Source of the DNA: Bdellovibrio sp.
GTDB lineage: Bacteria > Bdellovibrionota > Bdellovibrionia > Bdellovibrionales > Bdellovibrionaceae
Reading direction: 5' to 3'
Length of the DNA stretch: 64,000 bases
NCBI GenBank assembly: GCA_036677065.1
Contig: JAKFBS010000003.1
Location: 433,573-497,572 of the forward strand
The position numbers were made by a program, and so were the translations under genes. Shown here piece by piece: positions 42,118 through 50,399 of the stretch (position 1 is the first letter of the stretch; every line of letters begins with the position of its first letter). The notes beneath the pieces were generated by a model that was given only the letters and a program-made list of their open reading frames with translations, was not told the DNA's origin and searched no databases.

Positions 42118-43845
42118 ATGAATGAAAATTTAATAAAACCATGCTCTTCAGATGAAGTTGCGTTAAAAAGTTTTTTTTTAGGACCGCAGGCTGAAAACGC
42201 AGATTTTTTCAAACAAGAAGTCGATAATATACTTTCAACGTGGATTAACTGGCGTAAAGAGCGTTTTCCATTAGACGGCGGCGCGATTTCGCCGGCAGAT
42301 CAATCAGCCCCGGAGTTTCAAAAAAAAATTGAACTTTTTCGGACTCAGATCAACACCTTGTCAGAGAGATTTTCTAATGAAATTCCAAAATTTTCTCCGC
42401 GATATATTGGCCACATGTTTTCTGAATTCTCGCTACCTGCGTTACTAGGTCATTTCATTTGTCTGTTACATAACCCAAATAATGTATCAAAAGAATCTTC
42501 ACGTGTTGGTGTTGAAATTGAAAACGAAGCCATTCAGGCTTTGGTTAAAATGTTCGGATACAGCAAAGAGGCTGTCGGGCATTTTACCAGTGGCGGGACA
42601 GTGGCTAATTTTGAAAGCGTAGTTCGCGCCAAACGCAAATGGATTCTAAATTTACAATCACACATAGGTTCAAAAACAAGTATTAATGAGGCTAGTTATG
42701 TTCGGTCACTGACGTCGTTGCAAGGGCAAGCAAAAATATCAGAGCTTTCTGATATTCATCTAGCAAGGTGGATTGAAAAGCAGTTTAAAAGCGAATTTAA
42801 CGGCGCGGTTATGCTCGTACCGGCCAGTAAACACTATTCTTGGACAAAAGCGGCTAAATACTTTGGCTTTGGTGTAGAGGGTCTTTGGCAAATTCCGCTT
42901 AATAAATGGGGGCAGATTGATATAAAAGTGTTGAAGTCTACAATAGAAAAATGTTTGCAAGAACAAATTCCAATTGTCTCTGTGAATAGTGTATGTGGTT
43001 CGACAGAGTTTGGCACCATTGATCCTATTCACGAAACACAAGCAATATTAGATCATTTCAAAAAAGAATATGGTTATCAGTTTTGGCATCATGTTGATGC
43101 AGCTTACGGTGGTTTCTTTGCCACGATTAAATCTTTGAACGACAAAGAAATTGGTGAAAATATTAAATTAGCTTTAGCGGCGCTAGCACACAGCACTTCA
43201 ATTGCTGTCGACCCGCATAAACTTGGCTATGTGCCATATTCTTCAGGGGCATTTATTTGCCGAACGGCCGAAGATTACTTTATACAAGAAACTCAAGCTC
43301 CTTATGTTGATTTTCAAAATCAAAAAGATCGCGGACCATATACGCTAGAAGGTTCCAGATCGGCCGCTGGTGCGGTGGCTACTTATATGACGTCGTCATG
43401 TATTGGTTTTGATGAGCAGGGGTATGGTCAGATTATTCTTCGCACGATTAAGACCTGTCATCTTTTAAAAGAAAAGCTTACAAATAGTGGTTTGCCAGTT
43501 TTGATCATTGAAAATGAAATGACAAATATTTTGTGTTTCGCCATTGGTCAGCGCGGGCAATGCCTGAGTCAGATCAATGAGCAAACAAAAAACGTGATTA
43601 AAAAATTTCAAAACAAAATACTTACTGAAGACAAAGATGTTTTTTACATTTCTAAAACGTTAATATCAGAAAGCCATAAGGGCGTGTTAGATCACTTTAA
43701 TAAAAGTTTTAATATTTCTGTCGATCAAAGCGAGCTGACTCTGATACGCCTAACTACAATGAATCCTTTTTTAAATTCGGTTAATACAAAGGTAAACTTT
43801 ATTGATGAATTTATTAAGCAAATTTCACTAATGTTGGAAAGATAG
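42118..43845 (+). CDS. Group II PLP-dependent amino-acid decarboxylase (tyrosine decarboxylase-like)
   Basis: FFLGPQAEN, PRYIGHM, TSGGTVANFE, HVDAAYGG, DPHK, LEGSR. Confidence 0.85.
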   Translation: MNENLIKPCSSDEVALKSFFLGPQAENADFFKQEVDNILSTWINWRKERFPLDGGAISPADQSAPEFQKKIELFRTQINTLSERFSNEIPKFSPRYIGHMFSEFSLPALLGHFICLLHNPNNVSKESSRVGVEIENEAIQALVKMFGYSKEAVGHFTSGGTVANFESVVRAKRKWILNLQSHIGSKTSINEASYVRSLTSLQGQAKISELSDIHLARWIEKQFKSEFNGAVMLVPASKHYSWTKAAKYFGFGVEGLWQIPLNKWGQIDIKVLKSTIEKCLQEQIPIVSVNSVCGSTEFGTIDPIHETQAILDHFKKEYGYQFWHHVDAAYGGFFATIKSLNDKEIGENIKLALAALAHSTSIAVDPHKLGYVPYSSGAFICRTAEDYFIQETQAPYVDFQNQKDRGPYTLEGSRSAAGAVATYMTSSCIGFDEQGYGQIILRTIKTCHLLKEKLTNSGLPVLIIENEMTNILCFAIGQRGQCLSQINEQTKNVIKKFQNKILTEDKDVFYISKTLISESHKGVLDHFNKSFNISVDQSELTLIRLTTMNPFLNSVNTKVNFIDEFIKQISLMLER

Positions 43846-43854
43846 AATGTACGT

Positions 43855-45261
43855 ATGAGATTTAAAAATCCTTTGATGCAGAAGTTCTGGAGATTTTCTA
43901 CATCATTTCAATTAGGTATCCCTGTTCTAGTGACACTCACTTGTTTAATCACGTGGGGCACAATCGTTGAATCACAATATGATGCGTTCACTGCTGGAAA
44001 GTTAGTTTACCATAGCTGGATAATGTATTTAACCATGGGTTTGTTGGTTTACAATCTGACGATTGTCATGGTTGATCGTATGCCGTGGAAGAAGCGGCAT
44101 GCGCCGTTTTTAGTCGTGCACATCGGAATTATTCTCATCATTGTTGGAGGCTATGTCACACAAAAGTATGGTCTTGACGGTTCATTGGTGCTTCCGATTA
44201 ATGGTAAAAATAATTATGTGTCTGTGGCGCAAACTGATGTAGTAGTTTACGCTACTTTGGGCGGTGATCGCTACACAAAGGTTTATGAAAACGAAGTGGA
44301 TTTTTTCATACATCCGCCGACAGAAGAAAAGCCTTTCAAAGTTCAATTGGGAGGGGATGAAATCACGATAAAAAAATATCTTAAATATGCCCGTGTTAGT
44401 AAAAAACTGAAAAAGTCGACAGATGTAAATGTCGGCGCTTCAGTCAAATTTCAATTACAAAACGCCAATGTTCAGCAAGTTGAAACGTTAACTCAGCCAA
44501 GTAAAAATAAATCAGCTGATATGAATTTTGGTCCTTTAAAAGTAGTTCTTGGCCATAGCATTAAAGACAATGGCCGCAAAGACCGTTCAACAAATGAAAT
44601 GTATTTTAATGTTAAAAACGATTCAGAACTTTTTTACGAACTTTATCATAAAGTAGAAATGAAACCGTTTAAAACAGGCGTAATGAAAATCGGCGACATG
44701 ATTGCCACAGGCTGGATGGGTTTAGAAATTCGTGTATTAGACTATCTTCCACAAGCCACTGAAGAATGGGATGCGGTTGAAATTGAACGACCAACACCAC
44801 TAACAAGCCCGGCTTTATTAATTCAGTTTGGCGAAAAAACACAATGGATCTTATTAAATGATGTGATTAAACTTTTCGGTGAAAACAAAGCGTTTTTATT
44901 CAGTTTTCAAAACCGCCGCATTGATATTGGATTTCCAGTTTATTTGAAAAAGTTTGAAATGACCCATTATAATGGAACTCAAAAAGCCAGAACTTACTCA
45001 AGTTCTGTGGAAATCGTTCCGTCTGAAGGTACATCACCTGTTTCTGGGGTAATTGCAATGAATGAACCAATGAAATACGCAGGGTACACATTTTATCAAG
45101 CCAGCTTTAATCAAGACGATAAGACAGGTGAGCCAACAGCCTCAGTTTTGTCGGTAAATCTTGATCCTGGTCGCTGGATTAAATATTTAGGTTCGTTACT
45201 TTTATCACTGGGTACTGTTTGGTTTTTTATCCAAACACGCGGAAGAAAGACCGCACAATAA
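43855..45261 (+). CDS. ResB/Ccs1-like cytochrome c biogenesis protein
   Basis: Three N-terminal TMs with GTIVES and a conserved His (VVHIG); periplasmic domain with MNEPMKYAGYTFYQAS; DPG plus C-terminal TM. Confidence 0.75.
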   Translation: MRFKNPLMQKFWRFSTSFQLGIPVLVTLTCLITWGTIVESQYDAFTAGKLVYHSWIMYLTMGLLVYNLTIVMVDRMPWKKRHAPFLVVHIGIILIIVGGYVTQKYGLDGSLVLPINGKNNYVSVAQTDVVVYATLGGDRYTKVYENEVDFFIHPPTEEKPFKVQLGGDEITIKKYLKYARVSKKLKKSTDVNVGASVKFQLQNANVQQVETLTQPSKNKSADMNFGPLKVVLGHSIKDNGRKDRSTNEMYFNVKNDSELFYELYHKVEMKPFKTGVMKIGDMIATGWMGLEIRVLDYLPQATEEWDAVEIERPTPLTSPALLIQFGEKTQWILLNDVIKLFGENKAFLFSFQNRRIDIGFPVYLKKFEMTHYNGTQKARTYSSSVEIVPSEGTSPVSGVIAMNEPMKYAGYTFYQASFNQDDKTGEPTASVLSVNLDPGRWIKYLGSLLLSLGTVWFFIQTRGRKTAQ

Positions 45262-45290
45262 TTCGTGGGTCTTTCGACATTAAGTCGCTG

Positions 45291-45629
45291 CTAAGCTTTT
45301 TTCGCCCAAGAATTACAGTAGGCATCTCCTAAGACCAATTTTTTTGGAAAAAGAGCGCACGCGCCAACTTCTTTACCATTTTGGTCTTTGCCTTTAACGT
45401 ATAGGGTGCAATTTGAACATTTATTTGCAGCTTGCTTTCCTGATTTTTTGAAGTCTTCAATGTAGCCTACTGCCTTAGCAACACTATCTTTTGGACTTAC
45501 TAATTCAGGATCTCCGCCGGCATTGCCTTTTCCGCGACGGCCACCTTCGGCAAGGGCTTTTCCACTCAATAAAAAAAGCATTCCGCTCGCTAACACTCCG
45601 CTATTTAAAATAAACTGTCTTCTGTTCAT
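45291..45629 (-). CDS. High-potential iron-sulfur protein (HiPIP), Tat-exported
   Basis: NRRQFI twin-arginine signal; CSNCTLY...GACALFP...YCNSW four-Cys HiPIP pattern. Confidence 0.88.
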   Translation of the reverse strand: MNRRQFILNSGVLASGMLFLLSGKALAEGGRRGKGNAGGDPELVSPKDSVAKAVGYIEDFKKSGKQAANKCSNCTLYVKGKDQNGKEVGACALFPKKLVLGDAYCNSWAKKA

Positions 45630-45689
45630 ACAATCACCTCTTGGTTTTTGGGTTTTATCATATTCTATTCAATTAGAAGATCGATTTCG

Positions 45690-45703
45690 ATGATTTAAAT
45701 CAT
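45690..45703. promoter_or_regulatory. Crp/Fnr-type box upstream of the HiPIP gene
   Basis: ATGAT-TTAA-ATCAT; minus-strand -10 TAGAAT at 45667-45662. Confidence 0.85.
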
Positions 45704-45726
45704 AGATTGGTGTTTTTTTTTCAAAA

Positions 45727-45755
45727 TTGCCCATTCAGGCCACTTCATGTATACT
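45727..45755 (+). promoter_or_regulatory. Putative sigma70 promoter of Crp/Fnr regulator 2
   Basis: TTGCCC-N17-TATACT followed by SD AGGAG. Confidence 0.65.
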
Positions 45756-45772
45756 TTCGTCCTAGGAGTCTT

Positions 45773-46474
45773 ATGAATACCGCATTAAAATCGGCCTTGG
45801 TTGAAATCAAAAAATTTGAGTTATTTAAAGACTTTGACGAATCTACGGTTCAGCAATTATGTGAAAATGCCAATATTAAAGTTCACGCACATAAACAAAT
45901 CGTTTTTAACTTCGGCGAACCTGCAACACATTTTGGAGTAGTATTGTCAGGCGCCTATAAGCTGACTCGTATTTCGCCTGTCGGCGAAGAATCTGTCATT
46001 CACTTCTCATCACCTGGCGATGTCGTTGCGGCTTTAGTTATGACCAAAAAAAATACTCCCTATCCAGTGACAGTAAAATCCATGGGGCCAGCGCGAATGT
46101 TAGTTATTCACCAGGATACATATCTTAATTACTGGATTAAAAATCCAATGTTAATTATTAAAATTCAGAGCCTTTTTTCAACTCGCATGGCGAGATTGCA
46201 AAATCATAAAGTCATGCAACGAGCTCCAATGGCTTCAAAGGTCGCCTCATTGTTATTGCAGCTAGCCGCCGATGATACCAAAACAGAAGGACAACTTGAA
46301 GTTCCACTCCCACTCACTCGTAAAGAAATTGCAGATTCACTGGGCGTCACTGTTGAATCAGTCATTCGCGTAATGAGTGATTGGGCCAAACACGGTTACA
46401 TTAGCACGACAGATCATCACATTAAAATTCTTCAGCCTGAATGGCTTATTCATCAAATGGAGCAATGTGACTGA
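45773..46474 (+). CDS. Crp/Fnr-family transcriptional regulator 2 (DNR/HcpR-like)
   Basis: ATG at 45773 after AGGAG; VLSGAYKL, YPVT, HTH LTRKEIADSLGVTVESVIRVMS. Confidence 0.9.
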   Translation: MNTALKSALVEIKKFELFKDFDESTVQQLCENANIKVHAHKQIVFNFGEPATHFGVVLSGAYKLTRISPVGEESVIHFSSPGDVVAALVMTKKNTPYPVTVKSMGPARMLVIHQDTYLNYWIKNPMLIIKIQSLFSTRMARLQNHKVMQRAPMASKVASLLLQLAADDTKTEGQLEVPLPLTRKEIADSLGVTVESVIRVMSDWAKHGYISTTDHHIKILQPEWLIHQMEQCD

Positions 46475-47501
46475 TCGCCAAGTCACATTATTTTCACTCA
46501 CTTCGCTTTTGCTAGTCATGATTATAGGCATTTTAATGCGGTTACAATTCGCAGGCCTTAGTCTACCCATCTTAGAACACTTCGATTTACGACAAGCTCA
46601 TAGTCATTTAGGCTTTTATGGTTTTTTGATTCCGCTGACTTGGGTTATCAATCAAATAAGTTTTGAAGAAAAGCGACAGCCAACTGTTCTTTTTGTGTAT
46701 TTTGTCGCTACATTCATGGCATTTATATCATTTTTAGTATTTGGTTATAACTGGTTATCACATGTCCTGTCTGGTGTTGTATTTGCGACATGGATATATC
46801 AAAGTTTTAAGTTAAAAAAACTAGCTCCTGCGTTTCAGAAATATATGCAACTAAGTTCTGTTCTAGCGCTGACTTCTTTAGTTTTTGTTATTGCCGGCCA
46901 AAAGCTTCTTCCAGAAACACCCAAAATTAATTTTGTGCATGGTTTTGTTTCTAATATAATATTATTTATTATTCTGCCGACAATCGTGTTCGATTTATAT
47001 AAAAAGTTTCCAATCTTACTGTGGTCTGTTTCTGTGATTTTAAATTATTTATTTGAAATTCAAATCCTTCATTTTTTGCCAGTAAATATTGGCTTAATCA
47101 TCTTGGGCAGTATTATACTAATGTATAGCCTAACGTTTATAAAAATTAATTTTTTATTCTTACGTAGTGTTAATTTTTACTTTGCACTTCTGGGATCAGG
47201 TATTCTTTTCGGTGGGATATGGCCACGCCAATTAGGATATAATTTACAAATTGCTTCTTTGCATTTTTGTTTTTTAACGATTATTCCCATCTACTATTTT
47301 AAATTGTATTTAAAATACAGATACAGTTTTTTATTTGCAAATTTAGGAATAGCTATGTGTATTGCGATTACTTTTCTTGACTATTCATGGCAATATTTTA
47401 GATCGTTGCAATTTATTATCGCCGTAATTGGTTTGGCTCTTTTCATTGTTACTACGCATATTATTTTCACCACTAAAGGCCATGTTTTACAGAATAAGTA
47501 A
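46467..47501 (+). CDS. Polytopic membrane protein of unknown function
   Basis: GTG after GGAG overlapping the regulator stop; ~11-12 hydrophobic segments; AHSHLGFYG motif. Confidence 0.7.
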   Translation: MTDRQVTLFSLTSLLLVMIIGILMRLQFAGLSLPILEHFDLRQAHSHLGFYGFLIPLTWVINQISFEEKRQPTVLFVYFVATFMAFISFLVFGYNWLSHVLSGVVFATWIYQSFKLKKLAPAFQKYMQLSSVLALTSLVFVIAGQKLLPETPKINFVHGFVSNIILFIILPTIVFDLYKKFPILLWSVSVILNYLFEIQILHFLPVNIGLIILGSIILMYSLTFIKINFLFLRSVNFYFALLGSGILFGGIWPRQLGYNLQIASLHFCFLTIIPIYYFKLYLKYRYSFLFANLGIAMCIAITFLDYSWQYFRSLQFIIAVIGLALFIVTTHIIFTTKGHVLQNK

Positions 47502-47502
47502 T

Positions 47503-47516
47503 ATGATAGCCATCAT
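47503..47516. promoter_or_regulatory. Crp/Fnr-type box upstream of nrdG-nrdD
   Basis: ATATGAT-AGCC-ATCATAT; -10 TACTTT at 47539-47544. Confidence 0.82.
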
Positions 47517-47543
47517 ATAGAAAAAATTCATATTTCATTACTT

Positions 47544-47591
47544 TGACTAGATATAGTATCTCAAATGTAATCAAGACATGAGATATAGTGG
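47544..47591. promoter_or_regulatory. Tandem NrdR boxes
   Basis: tgaCTAGATATAGtat (47544) and acaTGAGATATAGtgg (47576) resemble acaCwAtATaTwGtgt and are 32 bp apart. Confidence 0.75.
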
Positions 47592-48036
47592 TTTGCAGGT
47601 TACATTTCAAGAAATACCAACTGAAGTTTCTCTCGGGATACATGTCGTCGGATGCCCCTTGCGTTGTCCCGGTTGTCATTCAAGTGATTTATGGCGCCCA
47701 GACCTTGGTGCAGACCTTAACCAGCAGACTTTAACAGAACTCATCACAAAACATAAAAAATATATTAGCTGCGTGCTTTTCTTAGGAGGCGAATGGCAAG
47801 CTCACGAATTACAACAATTAATTATTACCAGCAAGCAACACGAACTTAAAACAGCGCTTTATTCTGGCCATTCATTAGAAGACATTCCCAAGCTACTTCT
47901 TGATACACTTGATTATGTCAAATACGGCCCCTATATCGCTGAAAAAGGTGGACTCAGTTCGCCGACAACAAATCAAAAACTAATCAATTTACGTACAGGT
48001 GAAAACCTGAATCATTACTTTACGGAAGGGGTATAA
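47578..48036 (+). CDS. nrdG: Anaerobic ribonucleotide reductase activating protein
   Basis: GCPLRCPGCH radical-SAM motif, FLGGE, SPTTNQ. Confidence 0.92.
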   Translation: MRYSGLQVTFQEIPTEVSLGIHVVGCPLRCPGCHSSDLWRPDLGADLNQQTLTELITKHKKYISCVLFLGGEWQAHELQQLIITSKQHELKTALYSGHSLEDIPKLLLDTLDYVKYGPYIAEKGGLSSPTTNQKLINLRTGENLNHYFTEGV

Positions 48037-48037
48037 T

Positions 48038-49867
48038 ATGATTCGTCTAGACAACACTCAAATCGAAAAAAAAATTAACTACATTGACAGCTACTTGAGC
48101 GCAATTAACGCCGCCGATGGCTCAAAACTTGATGCCAATGCTAATGTCACAATGAAAAACATCGCAACACTTGAAGCTGAGGTAAATAAAGATATAAACA
48201 TTCAAATTAATCGCGCTATCATCTCACGCAAAATAGAAAAATTATTTTCACCTGAATTAGCCCGCGAATACATTCGACAAATTGAATCACATGAAATTTA
48301 CGTGCACGATGAGACGTCTCTTAAGCCTTATTGCGTATCTGTCAGTATGTATCCTATGCTAATCGACGGTTTAATTAAAATGGGGGGCGAATCAAAAGCT
48401 CCTAAACATTTAGCCTCGTTTTGCGGAACATTCGTTAATTTTGTATTTGCAGTAAGCTCTCAGTTCGCAGGAGCTGTCGCTACAGTTGAATTTTTAACAT
48501 ATTTTGATTATTTCGCCCGCAAAGAATATGGCGATGACTATTTAACAACACACACACAAGAAGTCAGTTCATACCTGCAGCAGGTGGTATATTCAATTAA
48601 TCAACCAGCAGCTGCGCGCGGTTATCAATCTGTTTTCTGGAATATTTCTGTGTATGACCGATTTTACTTTGATGCCTTGTTTGAAAACTTTGTATTTCCA
48701 AATGGCGAAAAACCAAAATGGAAGACAGTAGATACTTTACAAAAATATTTTATGCAGTGGTTTAATTTAGAGCGTAAAAAAGCGGTACTTACATTTCCTG
48801 TAGTTACCGTAGCTATGTTAACTGATGGCAAAAAACCAAAAGATAGTGACTATGTAAAAATGTCTGCGCACGAGTTATCACAGGGAAATTCTTTTTTTAT
48901 GTATTTATCTGAAAGCGCAGATAGTTTAGCCAGCTGCTGCAGACTTAGAAACGAAGTGAACACAAAAGAATTTTCATACACGCTTGGAGCCGGTGGGGTA
49001 GCCACAGGCAGCATTAATGTGATTACTCTAAACATGAATCGCCTTATTCAAGATAAGCGTGATCTTGGTTTAGAGGTGTCAAAAATTCAAAACTACCAAA
49101 TAGCTTATCGTAAAGTAATGGAAGATTTTATGGATGCGAAAATGCTAACTACGTATGATGCGGGTTTTATTTCTATGAATAAACAGTATTTAACGATTGG
49201 AATCAACGGAATGGTTGAAGCTGCTGAATACCTTGGTTATGAAGTCACCGACAACGCCGAATATAAAAAATTCGTCTCAGAAAATCTTAAAGTTATTTAT
49301 GATCTTAACCGTGAACGTTCGGCCCAAACTGGTTACAAATTTAATACCGAATTTGTACCGGCCGAAAACTTAGGTGTTAAAAATGCTGAATGGGACAGAA
49401 AGGATGGCTATTTCGTTCCACGCGATTGTTATAATTCTTATTTTTACATTGTCGAAGATGAAATGACCAATCCGCTTGAAAAATTCTCGATGCACGGCTC
49501 AGAGATGACTCAGTATCTAGACGGCGGCTCTGCTTTGCATTTCAATTTAGAAGAACACCTGACACCAGCTCAATATGAAAAAATCATAGAATTGGCTACA
49601 GTCACAGGCTGCAATTATTTTTGTACAAACGTGAAGATCACTATCTGTAACGAATGCAATCATATTGATAAAAAAACTAAGCATAGTTGTGCAAAATGTG
49701 GCTCAGAAAATATAGATCATGCAACCCGCGTAATCGGTTATTTAAAACGTGTAACATCGTTCAGCGCAGAACGAAGAGCAGAGCACACACGCAGAAAATA
49801 TCATACAATGAATCAGCCGAGTTTTAAAAAGAACAGATCAACACAATTACCTAGCGCTACGGCCTAG
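48038..49867 (+). CDS. nrdD: Class III anaerobic ribonucleoside-triphosphate reductase (no evident ATP cone)
   Basis: IYVHD, PYC, SCCRL, VPAENL, CNEC..CAKC Zn site, glycyl-radical motif TRVIGYL. Confidence 0.95.
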   Translation: MIRLDNTQIEKKINYIDSYLSAINAADGSKLDANANVTMKNIATLEAEVNKDINIQINRAIISRKIEKLFSPELAREYIRQIESHEIYVHDETSLKPYCVSVSMYPMLIDGLIKMGGESKAPKHLASFCGTFVNFVFAVSSQFAGAVATVEFLTYFDYFARKEYGDDYLTTHTQEVSSYLQQVVYSINQPAAARGYQSVFWNISVYDRFYFDALFENFVFPNGEKPKWKTVDTLQKYFMQWFNLERKKAVLTFPVVTVAMLTDGKKPKDSDYVKMSAHELSQGNSFFMYLSESADSLASCCRLRNEVNTKEFSYTLGAGGVATGSINVITLNMNRLIQDKRDLGLEVSKIQNYQIAYRKVMEDFMDAKMLTTYDAGFISMNKQYLTIGINGMVEAAEYLGYEVTDNAEYKKFVSENLKVIYDLNRERSAQTGYKFNTEFVPAENLGVKNAEWDRKDGYFVPRDCYNSYFYIVEDEMTNPLEKFSMHGSEMTQYLDGGSALHFNLEEHLTPAQYEKIIELATVTGCNYFCTNVKITICNECNHIDKKTKHSCAKCGSENIDHATRVIGYLKRVTSFSAERRAEHTRRKYHTMNQPSFKKNRSTQLPSATA

Positions 49868-49904
49868 GTAATGTGTGGTAGTTTGCAATTTTGACGAGAA
49901 TCTA

Positions 49905-50258
49905 TTATTTACAAATAATAGATTCAACTGAATAGATACCCCAGTCTTGAGCTGTATGGTCGTAAGCAGAAGCAAACAAGGATTTTACCGATACTTGATA
50001 AAAGCGGTAAACGTTAACTTCGGCTTTAACCGTTAGTTCTAATTCAGTTGTGTAATATAAATCGATGATGCCTTGGTCAACGACGTGTTTAACAACAGAA
50101 CTTGATACCTGAACAAGTTTGCCGCCTTCAACGCCGCAAGCTTTTAAGCTGGCTTGTTCAAGCATTGTTTGGTGACGAGAGTCGTACTGTGAGTTTGCGA
50201 TGACTGCATGAGCAGAAGTACTGATTAAAAGAGCGAATGTTAATAAAATAGTTTTCAT
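49905..50258 (-). CDS. Secreted hypothetical protein
   Basis: Classic signal peptide (MKTILL..SAHA), two Cys; SD AGGAG. Confidence 0.75.
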   Translation of the reverse strand: MKTILLTFALLISTSAHAVIANSQYDSRHQTMLEQASLKACGVEGGKLVQVSSSVVKHVVDQGIIDLYYTTELELTVKAEVNVYRFYQVSVKSLFASAYDHTAQDWGIYSVESIICK

Positions 50259-50399
50259 AGAGATCTCCTGTTTTTTTATACTTCTAACACAGGAGAGTGG
50301 ATTTGAATGTCAGGATTTTGTTTGGGTGTAAATTTGTGTAAAGTACCGTAAACATACACCCAAATTGGAACTGAAATCGTGTAAAAAGCTTAGGTTCGG

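Noticed and set aside
24000..49900. Island as a mobile element or prophage (short nrdD/nrdG also occur in phages)
   Set aside because: No integrase, transposase, phage structural genes or flanking direct repeats seen
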